Positions 1-10,760 of a stretch of 20,000 nucleotides of DNA are shown here, in pieces. The notes below the pieces were generated by a model. The model saw nothing but the letters and a program-made list of their open reading frames with translations. It searched no databases and had not been told where the DNA came from. Each line of letters opens with the position of its first letter. The stretch's first letter is position 1. Origin of the DNA: Spirogloea muscicola. Taxonomy: Eukaryota. The position numbers and the translations under genes are program-made. The stretch is taken from NCBI GenBank assembly GCA_009602725.1, contig WELB01000012.1, positions 267,548-287,547 on the forward strand, read 5' to 3'.

Positions 1-2213
1 TTACTTCGAGGAATTGGAGGAGGAGTCATTACGGGACAATTTTGTTGTAGTGGTGAGGTACCATGAATCATTGGTCTCCTCTTGAGCCTCTCTTCTTTAT
101 GTGCTGCAAACTTGCAGCTCATAGCAGAGACTCACAAGGGCTCTGTGTATGTACTGCTCTTCACAGTACGAGCTGCTTGATGAGATGATGGACTATGGAT
201 ATCCCCAGTACACGGAAGCTAAGATTCTCAGCGAGTTCATAAAGACAGACGCTTATCGCATGGAGGTCACTCAACGGCCACCCATGGCTGTCACAAATGC
301 AGTGTCGTGGCGTAGCGAAGGTATACGCTACAAGAAGAACGAGGTGAAGTTCCGCCCCCTTATCACCAGTGCATGCAATGTCCTTGCTGCACTGCGTGTG
401 CCTTCTGAATGAATGTCATGGTTTGCACGTCAATTTACAATACTTGGCAAACCCAATGAAATGCAGGTCTTCCTGGATGTGGTTGAGAGCGTGAACATCC
501 TCGTCAATAGCAACGGTCAAGTTGTCCGCTCAGAGGTCGTTGGTGCATTGAAGATGCGGACATACTTGAGGTTCGACTCCACGCAGTTTGTCAAGGAGGT
601 CATGTGGTCCTCTACTTTGCATATAACGGTCTGATAGTGAGAAGGATTTGCAAGCAGCTGTTACTATTCACCCACATGACGTCTTGTTCTTGTGCTTCTC
701 TGCAGTGGAATGCCCGAGTGCAAGCTTGGGTTGAATGACAGAGTACTCCTTGAAGCTCAGGGTCGTGCAACAAAAGGCAAGGCCATTGATCTGGACGACA
801 TCAAATTTCACCAGTGAGCACTGATTCCACCTGTTAGGCTCAAAGATCAGTGTAGGTCAATTATGTCAACTGAGGGGCTGTCATAGTGTCTAGCTCTGCA
901 CTGCATTACATGAGCTCCAGTTGATGATATGCTCTCTAAGAGAAGCAACAGTAGGGCTGCGCAAGGGGTTGACAAGATATTGCTTGCCTCGCAGATGCGT
1001 TAGACTGGCGCGCTTTGAGAATGACAGGACAATCTCCTTCATTCCGCCAGATGGCGCTTTTGATCTCATGACCTACCGATTGAGCACACAGGTATGCACA
1101 TGAATGTTATCTCGCTGCAGATTTATTCTTGTTTTTTTCGGTACGTGAAGCCTGGATGTGACTGTACATATAAAAGCTGAGCCAGAGTTAGCACTATTGC
1201 CAAACTTACAACAGTGCACAGTCAAAGAGTGCATTGCATTTGAAGTGAGGACATTGATTGATTAGCCCTGATTGAGAGAAGTGGTTCACTCAGTAGGTCC
1301 TTTTGCTTGAGTTCCTGGGTGTAGGTGAAGCCCCTGGTGTGGGTAGAGGCTCAAGTGGAGAGACACAGTCGAACTCGAGTGGAGTACATGGTGAAGGCTA
1401 GGAGTCAATTCAAGGAGCGTAGCACAGCCACAAATGTGGAGATTGAGCTGCCTGTGCCCATGGATGCCACCACTCCAGGCGTTAGGACTTCCATGGGGTC
1501 TGCAATATATGCTCCTGAGCGCGAGGCCATGCTTTGGAAGATAAAGTCCTTCCCCGGCGGCAAGGTATGTCTGCCGAGCTTCGAAACAAATTGTTGCTGG
1601 AAATGGCATCACCTTACAGTGCTCCTTGAGGCCGACCGTCTAACTGACAGTGACACTCTTCGTGGCCACTTGCTGCTTGAATTCACAGTAATGCAATCCA
1701 GTAGGCCCTTCTGGAGACGTCAACTTCGAAGTTGCTGGTAGCTGAAGGACAAGGACTGCACTTGCTCTTCATGACAATGACACCTAGACTGGGGCGTATG
1801 CAGGAGTATATGTTACGGGCAAAGTTCAGTTTGCCCAGTGTTGAAGCTGAGGACGAGATTGTGGAGAAGAAGCCGCCAATCCGGGTGAAATTTGAGATTC
1901 CATACTTCACGGTATCTGGAATACAGGTAGAATGAGCTACACGAAATATAGCATAGGATTTCTGACAAATTAGGCACAACCGCCTATCTTCAAGTCGACG
2001 TCCTGCATGCTGATCTGATATCTCTGCTACCGAGGGACTTTCTGGCTAGCTACTCTTAAGAAAAGCTCGTTGTGATTCTCAGTAATGCTGAAGGCCCGGC
2101 CATTGCTACTGCAGGTTAGGTACTTGAAGATCATCGAGAAGACAGGATATCAAGCTCTACCCTGGGTCAGGTACATTACTATGGCTGGCGAGTATGAGCT
2201 ACGGATGATATGA
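1..2213 (+). CDS. AP1M: AP-1 complex subunit mu (mu1-adaptin), 5'-partial; exons <1-52, 167-343, 467-570, 706-813, 995-1091, 1325-1564, 1804-1926, 2115-2213
   Basis: The spliced translation YFEELEEESLRDNFVVV|YELLDEMMDYGYPQ...KKNE|VFLDVVE...GMPECKLGLND...KFHQCVRL...SFIPPDGAFDLMTYRL...|VRYLKIIEKTGYQALPWVRYITMAGEYELRMI* matches plant AP1M closely. All introns are GT-AG and phase-consistent. Stop TGA at 2211-2213. Confidence 0.97.
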
Positions 2214-2871
2214 AAGATCCAGCTGTTACTCGTACTCTAGATGCACCTGTTCATTCAAGAAGTCATCGTGTCCCCTCCCTCTTCGAGCTGCGCTGTTGTT
2301 CTTCCTCGTCGGTTTCCAGCATCCTTTGGACCCGTCACTGAAGTCACTGGAGTCGATGCTGTGAAGGCTTGCCACAGTTACTTCAGGATGTCCTGTCCTG
2401 GACCAGGCAGAAGCGGTCACTCACATGTATGATTTAAGCCACAAGGTCGTTTCTCTGCATGCTGAAAACTTAGGTTGTGCTTGGGAGTTCTGAGGCTCTG
2501 TGGCTATCTCATGAGTGGAGCAGTAGAGCTGGTACAGGCGTGTTTGTCACGCCCTCTGCGCTAAAAGTCCTCCTTTGTGCTGTATCCACGAGCGTTTGTA
2601 GCCAAGCTGCGTCCCAGGGGTCACGTCAATGACAGCATGCGAGGCGGAGGTGAGCAGTTGCACGAGGCGGGTCGGTCTGGGGGCGTCAGAGTCGGAGTTA
2701 CATAGCACTGGGCGGGTATTCACAACGGGCAAACCATGTTTGCTGCCATGGAGCTGGCAGCGCCTCACAGCCACTGCACCGTGGCAGGCGGCGAGACGTC
2801 GCCTTCTAGTATCGGCAGCTGGTCGCCCAGAAGAAGATGAATGCTGCTGCTGATATGTAAAGAGCGGCTGC

Positions 2872-2915
2872 AGAGAGAAGGCGCGCGGTGCGCATGACGT
2901 TGAAAGTGAGGCCAA
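2872..2915 (+). repeat. Dispersed intergenic 44-bp motif, copy A
   Basis: AGAGAGAAGGCGCGCGGTGCGCATGACGTTGAAAGTGAGGCCAA; 41/44 identical to the reverse complement of 6195-6238. Confidence 0.9.
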
Positions 2916-3323
2916 CGCTAGCAATTCTAGCAATTCTAGCGGCTGCAGAAGCCATCCAGGTGCATACATGAGGGTGGGGAAGACCGGTCAAGGACTCCGA
3001 GAACTTGGGTAGGCTCAGGGCTTCTTCCCAGCGCCCTGATCCAGCGATAGGCATGCTCGCCGCACCAGCGGGAGGCACCAGGCGGCACTAGTGGATCCAG
3101 CATGTGGCGGATAGAGGGCGGGTGCCGCCGTGCCGAAAATACGCAGGACCGCGGATGCGTAGCACCGGGTGAGAGAGCTCGCAGCCAGCTAGTAGCTGGC
3201 CCTCGCTCGCGGCCTGCGCGGCCGCCAGTCGCAGCGCATTCTGCGGCGCCATTCGCGGCGCCACTCGCTGCGCCATCCGCGGCGGGCGCCCCGGCGGCGG
3301 CAGGGCAGGGGCCAGCCCGCACC

Positions 3324-5629
3324 ATGGCCCGCCTCACGGAGGTCGCGGACGCGCCTGGCGGTGAAGGCGGCGGCGGTGGCGGCAGGCGCCTTCCTGCTGC
3401 GCAAGCTGGGGGCGCGGGTGGCGCGCGTGGACCACGCCAAGGCCGTCGCGCAGGCGCTCGGCGGCGAGAAGGCGCGCCCCTCCCGCCGCCGCCGTGACCG
3501 CCGCAGCGCCGGCTGTGGGAAGGCGGCCTGGTTGACGCGCTCGCCGCGCCGCTGCTGCCGCCGCAGTTCTCGACGGAGCAGGCGGCGCGGGACCCCATGT
3601 CCTACTTCAACATCCGGTGAGCTCGCCCGCAGGACCGCCGGATGACCGCCGGCCCCTCCGCCGCCTCCGCCAGCGCTGGCTCCCAGTCGGCGGAGGCGCC
3701 GGCGCAGTGCCAGTGCCACTGCAATGTGCCAATGCAGTGCAGCTGGGCGCTCGCCGGTGGCCTTGCCACGCGGAGCTGTGGTTCTCAAGCACATGCTGCG
3801 CTTCTTTCGTGGGCTTTGCCGCGGCACAGGTTGCAGACCTGCCCGGCGACCACGCTGCCGGACGGCACCCGAGTGCTCTACTTCGAGCAGGTGGGGCGCG
3901 CGGCCATTGCCTACTGCCAGCCCGTCAATGGCAGCTGGTTGCTGGACTGCCTGCCAGCGTTCACTACGTACATGGTGGCCCTCAAATGGCGGCCATGATG
4001 CCCTCGCCGCTCCCCTGCCGGGAAGCGTCACACCGCTGCGTTATGCTGCACGACTCTCGTGACACTGCTCTCCCACTTGCGCTGCCTCTGCTGCAGGCCT
4101 TCTGGAGGACGCCTGAGCGGCCGTACCGTCAGGCGAGCTTCCGGAACCTGGGCCTGCATAGCAAAGCCGTTCCTCGATCCAAGCCGGCCTGTCCAAGACA
4201 GCGTTGGGGAGCTCTATTCTTAAGTAGACGTTGCAGATAGGCAGTCCAACTTCAAGCCACATCCATGAGGACAACCAATGTGGTGCCAGGAGCAGGGACG
4301 AGGCTGATAGGAAGTTAGCTCTCTGTGCTGCTGCTTCGTGTGGAGTGCAGAGGTTCTACAAGGTGAAGGCGTGCCCCAAGGAGGCCAAGTGCGATGCTGA
4401 GGTGCGCACCACTACTTTCCCTTCCAGCCATCGAGCATCACGCTGCCAGCATCTGCAGGGTGAGGCTTGCACAAATGGACGTTGCTGCAGCTTCGCAATT
4501 GATTCCTGGCATGAGTAGAAGCCCAAGTTTTTGCAAGGGTGGACAAGACGCAGATGCCGCGCATGGTGAAGCTTATTCGGCGTCCTTCCACTCTGCTGAC
4601 GCTTGCCCTGCTTTGCTACAGTGTGCCGCTGAGTCAGTCCCGCTTCTTGTCCTTGTCTGCCCCCATTTGCCAGGTGGCCTCGTACGCCCTACGAGACATC
4701 GAGCAGTACCGCAACTCCTGTGATCGCCCCCCGAGCCAAAGACCTCAGCCGGAGGAAGCTGAGGGGGTAATTTTCAATGTTCAAAAGCTATGCCTAATGC
4801 AGCTGTCAGAACTGCTGTTTGCCGGGGCAAGGTGCTGACACGGGTTGCCAGCATGAAGTGCTCCAACTGCGACAGCAACTGCAATTGCTCTCCCTGCAGG
4901 AGGAGAGTAGCCATCTGCTAGCCCCTGACATTCGTGGCCATTGCTGAGAGAGCAGGACATAGCAGAGCACCTGACAACGGTGTACCTGTCGCGCTGCGAG
5001 CGGGGCCGCAAGTGCCTATATGAAGGCTCTACACCTCCAGGCGGTTTTCCCAACACCTATGTGAGTGCTCGTTTGCATTCATCGCTTTCGTCCTGCGCCC
5101 TTGCAGTTGCTTTCTTCCATCCTTTCATTGATGTGTACTATCAGACATTCAGTGCCGCTCTCAAGGTCAAAGTTGTGGGTCCTACAAAGTCTGCCCACTT
5201 CGACTGGTTTCCCAGAATGGAGCTACACGGTGCACATCGGAGTTGACGCTGTTCAAGAATGGGGATGTCCACTGTTGGGATCGCGCTTATGACGACGACG
5301 GCAACCAGGTACATCTGCAGCTCCTTAGGTCAAGAATCTTGATGCTTCAGACATTACTACTTCTGGACAGGCCTGCAGTGGCCCTATTTCCTTTTAGCCG
5401 GCCAGTGCTAGGCATTCTTCTGTGGATGTCATGGTGAATGCAAACAAGTGTGGTTGCAAATGTACCTAGAAAATGGAAAAGACGTCTGACTGGAGCTTAC
5501 AGATTGATGAAAGCTAAGCACTCTCAAGTGCAGGTTTGGGGCACCAAGGGAGGCCCGTACGAGTTTAAGCCCAGGTCGTCCTCTGCAGCTGCTAGCCTCC
5601 CGGCTCAGGTGAGAGAAGACTCAATGTGA
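3324..5629 (+). CDS. CRL: CRUMPLED LEAF (CRL), CpcT/CpeT bilin-lyase-like plastid protein; exons 3324-3471 (apparent 1-nt frameshift before 3361), 3567-3616, 3830-3890, 4097-4132, 4351-4401, 4674-4766, 4956-5060, 5216-5308, 5534-5629
   Basis: VKAAAVAAGAFLLRKL...DHAKAVAQALGGEK|FSTEQAARDPMSYFNIR|LQTCPA...LYFEQ|AFWRTPERPYRQ|RFYKVKACPKEAKCDAE|VASYALRD...|DIAEHLTTVYLSRCERGRKCLYEGSTPPGGFPNTY|NGA...WDRAYDDDGNQ|VWGTKGGPYEFKP is colinear with Arabidopsis CRL as recalled. The start is uncertain because of the frameshift. The last exon could splice again at CAG|GTGAGA (5609). Confidence 0.92.
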
Positions 5630-6194
5630 CGAGGCCAGAAGAAAGGTCAATCTAGCACTAGCTCTGTTGCGCAGCAGGCATTGCAAGCTAGCTGGTGCAG
5701 TTTTCTTGTTGAGCACAGGAAGATAATACTGTGGACATTATGACAGTAGCTCAAGCGTTTCTGTAGTGTACAGTCCTTGTTTCATTTCTTTCATACATTG
5801 TCTGACAAAGCCTCGGGCTGAAGGATAACAGCAGCAATTTGTTGAGGAGTAGATCTTCAAACACCTATGGCATTGTGTAAGTTGCTTCGTGATACTTCAA
5901 GGCATGCTCAACTCCACCAAAAGCACGTGCTGACGCCTACTGCAGGCAGGCACGACACTGCAACTACTCTGACTGCTTATCTCGACATAAGGGCGCAATA
6001 CACATCCACGATGAGATTACTTTGAATTGCCTCGTATGTGGCATCCTCGAGTGCTCTCCTTTTCAAGGGCGTGTTCCTACCCATCAAGCACTTAGTACAT
6101 CAGTATCCTTGACAAGACAAAGGAACTCGTCCCACACAGATATGACAAATTGCACTGAGTAGTTCATTTTATTAAGCATAAGCTTTACCCTTTC

Positions 6195-6238
6195 TTGGCC
6201 TCCCTTTCAATTTCATGCGCACCGCGCGCCTTCTCTCT
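6195..6238 (-). repeat. Dispersed intergenic 44-bp motif, copy B (inverted relative to A and C)
   Basis: The minus strand reads AGAGAGAAGGCGCGCGGTGCGCATGAAATTGAAAGGGAGGCCAA. Confidence 0.9.
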
Positions 6239-6346
6239 TTCTCCGTACATCATTGTGAGGTAACTAGTCTCGATATAGGAGCAGCAGAAGTCCTCCACAC
6301 GACTTCGAAGTAATTTAGGCACGCTAAGCATCACTGACAACCATAT

Positions 6347-9300
6347 TCAGGACTTCTTGAGCTTCAGAACATGAGATGATACCACTTCTGGACAGCTATC
6401 AAGAAGAAGTAGCTCTAGACGATCTGAATTGGATCTGAATCGCAGCAAGAAGTTGGAATCTGTACACAGGGAAATTGAGCACAGTCAATGTACTGCCAAT
6501 GCTGCTTCTGCCTCACGGCTACAAGCTTGCTCTAGCATATGCAGCATCAGCTACTCCAATGGTTTGGCCTATACAGTTACACTGTCAATGCACTACACAG
6601 TTACACTGTCAATGAACTTGTTCTTGCTACACAAGAACTTGAAAGGTATTATATGCAGACAAAGTCATCGCTGAGTGCTTGTTTAAGTGGTCAGTGGCAA
6701 GGAAAATGCCCAAAGCTGTGCTGTTAATCGTTCAGTCTTCTTGGAATACCACTCAAGCGACGGAGCATGACAAACAAGTATAAGAGCTCACCATCGGCCA
6801 CACTTCCATACAGCCAATTCAAGACCTTGTCGGCGAATCCTAAGCACACACTGGGCTGTCAATTGCACAATGAACTTCACATAGATCAAGGCAGAGCAAC
6901 TGAGAAAGCATGACCTTCGTTAAGTCCAAGATAAGTCAGGACTGCTGAAGGAAGCACGTGTAAGCTGACAGCTGGCTGAACTGCAGAAAGTGACATCTGA
7001 TGACAAGGTGTCATCTCATGACCAGGCAAGGAGAACTTGACCCTAGGAACACCCACAAAGCTTATGGAATGAAAATGCAGCAACTATATGCTCCCAATCA
7101 GGAGATGAGCATCTGCTGCAGGCATCAGCGTACCAGCCATTGCTGCTTCACTTTCACGCGCTCTGCAATTGCTTTCAAAGGGAGCTCCTCGACCCGTAAT
7201 AAGTGGCCATTATCGTCCCTAGCAGCCATAAGTGCAAAAGGTGGTGGTCAGTAATGGCCTCGTAGGAGCAAGAGTATACAAGCATCCACTGTAGCATCTA
7301 GAAGAACGGGGACGACAGCTTCATTTAACTCTTAGTCTTATTTGCTGATTGACAATCTGGAACACCTGAAGCCGCAGACAATGAGTGGGACGCCAGCCAA
7401 GTACGACTGGACCTGTGACACCCACAAAGAGCATGACCGTGTTCAGATAGAGAGTGGACAAGAAGCACATGTTGACACAGTATCTAGCAACTGTGTGTGT
7501 TGCACAATGTGATGCACATTCATCAGTCACTAATGACTAACTTCTACCATACTTTTGCAGAAAGCCGTAGACTGAAAGGCAGCCTCCCGATCAGGAAGAT
7601 ATTTCGCAAATCGTTACAATGGTCTTATGGAGTCATGACAAGCTCACCCAGAACTTCAAGAGCTTATTTCTCTCAAAGGAAGCTTCTCCATGTGCTGGCA
7701 CCTAATAGGACACATACTAGCACAGAGCATAAATCTCAATGCTTGTGCTCACGTAGTCACTATCAACAAGTGTTAGATACATGTGATTCTTCCGATTTGC
7801 AGCAAACGCTTGACAAGTCGTAGTGGCCTGTGGCCATATTTGGCCCACATAGGCGACCTTATGACTATGGGTTGACCTTCTTGCGAAGTTCACCTCCCGA
7901 CTGGTCTTCAACTCAATGTACCTGCGAGACCCGTCCTCCCCTCGCTCGTAGCAGTCCATTTCGGCTCCAAGAATGATGCGGTGTGCACCAAGTTTTGTCT
8001 TCATTAGGGCACAATACTCCACATTGGCATTTACAGCAGTACCAGCCGGATGATGGCGCTCATCTGTTGCCAGGGCCTCAAAAGAATAACCGTAGTAGGT
8101 GCTGACAAAGATATACAATTGCTGCATCAGCTCCTGCTGTGTCAGGACGGCCTGCCTGATGACCATGGCGAAAGCTGATGCACCGATCTCTTCCAGGCGA
8201 TTACTTGCTGCATGGAACTTGGACTTCAGATTGCCTGGCTAACACAAAGGAGGACCTTACTTGCGACGGTCCTGATAATTCTGCAGGCGCTCAGGTAGAC
8301 TGTGCACGCTGAGGTAGATTGTAGTGCCTCTCCTGTGCACACCCATTTCCCAAGCATCCCTCCTATTGTATGCCGTTCCTAGTATCTGTTGTGTGGTGAG
8401 TTGCATGCAGCATAAGAGCCTCAGGAAGTAACACCTGCTGTGTACAACGTGATGACAGAATCTGAGCAATAAACAAAGGAATGTAGGAAGGTGAGCAGGG
8501 CCAGCGTGGCCTTCATTGTCACCTTGTTCAAATTATTGCGAAATGTCTGCACAACGATCACACATGAACAGCTGTCTCAATCAGTCTCAAAGCCACAGAG
8601 CGGGAGAATACTACGTACGCATTTCCAAGTACCATGTAAGGATCAGCCATTAGTGTTTCACTGTATCTAGCTTTAATCACATCTATCACAAATGACTGGC
8701 ACCAGTCCAAGAGGATACCCTATGCAGGTGCATGACCTGCTCAGATCCGCTTCTGGACACCAATAGGATGGAGGCCAGTGTACTAAAGATGAGCTTTGAT
8801 AGTCAGCACGCAAGAGGTGCTGTTGCTTCCTCTCTCCTAAGTGATACAGAGGGGCTGCCAACACAGTAGAACTTACTACAAAGCAGATGTTTTCCAAGGG
8901 ATATTGGCTGCAGCGAAGGCAATCCAGTAGGTTGCCAAAGGCTTTTCCAGTATCTGTATGAGATGGAGCAGCTCATCAGGATTCACCAGGCTGGCTGCTT
9001 TCCAAGCATACGAAAACTGTGTCCCATCTGCACCTCTATCTAGCAAAGGAGTAACTCGAGATACAAGAGAGATTTGCAGGCACATTCTGACCTCCTAGAG
9101 AGAGTAGCTCGAGGACCAGAGGTTGGCATGAGTAGCACCGCACTGCTGAAGTGGCTTACCATCGGTCTTCTCCTTGAAATTCTCAAAGCCAACATTGAGG
9201 TCATGCCCTGATTCACTAAGGATTGATCTCCTGAATCGCCTCTGTAGTGGGAGGAGAGTAGCACCCTTAAAGCATTTATCCATAAGAGATAATCTCTGCC

Positions 9301-10463
9301 TGCTGATTTCTTGTGGTCATGCAGACGCTATGATTTGGAAGTAAAGTCAGTGCATGTACTGCATACCAGGCATCGATCATCAAAGTGCACAGCTCCATCC
9401 TTGTCGCGACTGAAGTGAGCCAACTCCGTGGGCTGACAATGTAGACAATAAGGGCGTCAGTCTGATGTGTCTTCCACATTGTGAGATGATCATCACTTTA
9501 ATGTAGGCTTGTCTAGGGGAATGTCGCAAGCTTTAGTCAGCCAGCTCAGCGTACAGTCTGTGGAGTCAGACCGCTGGCGCTCTCTGCAAGTTACTTCAAG
9601 CGTGTTGGCGCTCAATGCAATTTACTTCAAGCGTGCTGCCTAGTTTGTGTAGGAGTATGATCGTATGCAAGCTGTTGTTGGCTACATAAAATAAGTGTGC
9701 AGCTTACACGCACGCAGTGTGCAAGCTTGTTATGGATCGAGAGTCTGAGCTTGTAACTAGATCTGAATGTCAGGTCTCGAATCCGAAGCATACCTGTTGA
9801 TAAGATGTTCCGGAGTTGTAGCTTGCAATGTCTCTCGCAAAAACGAGGGCGTCGACTGGGGGGTCCTTGCTGGCTACTGTCGCCCTGGCCGTGCCCTCGC
9901 CAGGGCCTCCCGGCGCGTACGGCCGCTCTCCCTCCCGGGGCCGGCTGTCGCGCCAGTCTCCAGCACTGCGCCAGCCTTGCACCTCACTCCGAGCTCCCGT
10001 CTCCGGCGGCCTGCGGAGCTCCGCCTGAGCGTGCCGAGGAGCCTCTGGCGCTCGCTGTGTAGGCCCATTGTCGTGGCTGGCCAGCGGGCCGCCGGACACC
10101 GGAGGCCGCCTCGGCGCGCGCTGCCGGATGTCGAGAATTTCTGCGACGTCCCGCCGGCCGCGTCGGCGCTCAGCCGTCAGTGCGAGGCCTCAGAAGGGAC
10201 GGCGCGTCGCAATGTGGCCAGCAGAAGTAGCGGCAGACGCGGAGGCGCGGCGCGCGGACGGGGCCCTGGTCGATCAAGCAGCGGCGGCGGCATTGGCAGC
10301 GGCGGCAGGGGCGGGGCTCACGGGGGGGCCTCAGGACGCTGAAGGCCGTGGCGCGCTGGTACTCGGCGTTGCCCGGCCCGAAGAGGTCGTCGTCGTCGCC
10401 GCCGCCGCCGCCGGCGCCACCATCGCCGCCGCCAGCCGCGTCCCCGCCTTGCTGCTGCGGCAT
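6347..10463 (-). CDS. DXO1: DXO1 (DXO/Rai1 family) NAD-cap decapping / 5'-3' exoribonuclease with plant-type N-terminal extension, 477 aa; exons 10463-10322, 10140-9794, 9432-9367, 9241-9160, 8953-8877, 8546-8523, 8385-8261, 8101-7894, 7701-7648, 7412-7366, 7218-7134, 6855-6792, 6459-6347
   Basis: 13 exons joined by GT-AG introns give a 1434-nt frame. DXO/Rai1 motifs are intact: [43 protein letters not shown]. The N-terminus has the plant DXO1 motif DDDDLFGxxNxEY. Confidence 0.95.
6573..6614. repeat. Short direct duplication (18 bp, period 24) in the last DXO1 intron
   Basis: ACAGTTACACTGTCAATG at 6573-6590 and 6597-6614. Confidence 0.85.
9575..9635. repeat. Tandem duplication (period 31) in DXO1 intron 2
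   Basis: TGGCGCTCTCTGCAAGTTACTTCAAGCGTG / TGGCGCTCAATGCAATTTACTTCAAGCGTG. Confidence 0.85.
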
Positions 10464-10760
10464 GGACGCGCAGAAGTGATCATCCGAAGGGGCCGGAGAG
10501 TGGATGCGACAGGCCAAGCCCAAGCGGCATGGACCTCCAAGTACCACAACTGACGGTCGCTCAGTAACCCCGTTAGAAGAAGACGATCACTGCGGTTGCT
10601 GCCGTTAGCAGTGGCCAATGTGAGGCGACAACCGCAGCGGCTCTGCGGCCGCCGTCTCCGGCGCGAGACACGGCGGGTCCCGCGGCCGCGGCGCCTTCCC
10701 CGCCGCTGCCGCAGGCGAGCACCCGCGAGCCTCTCGCAGCGGCGCGCCTGCCGGCGGCGG
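10464..10760. promoter_or_regulatory. Putative bidirectional promoter / 5' UTR region shared by DXO1 and the SOSS-B-like gene
   Basis: Only 297 GC-rich bp separate the divergent start codons (10463 minus, 10761 plus). No specific core element identified. Confidence 0.6.

Noticed and set aside
2936..4031. Long GC-rich minus-strand ORFs (220 and 280 aa) and other-frame ORFs over the CRL 5' end
   Set aside because: Low-complexity R/A/P/G translations that arise from the scarcity of stops in high-GC DNA. They overlap verified CRL exons.
6129..6200. GTCCCACACAG plus an AT-rich box resembling a plant snRNA USE/TATA promoter
   Set aside because: The USE match is imperfect, and the downstream sequence matches no snRNA, 7SL, MRP or telomerase RNA I can recognise.
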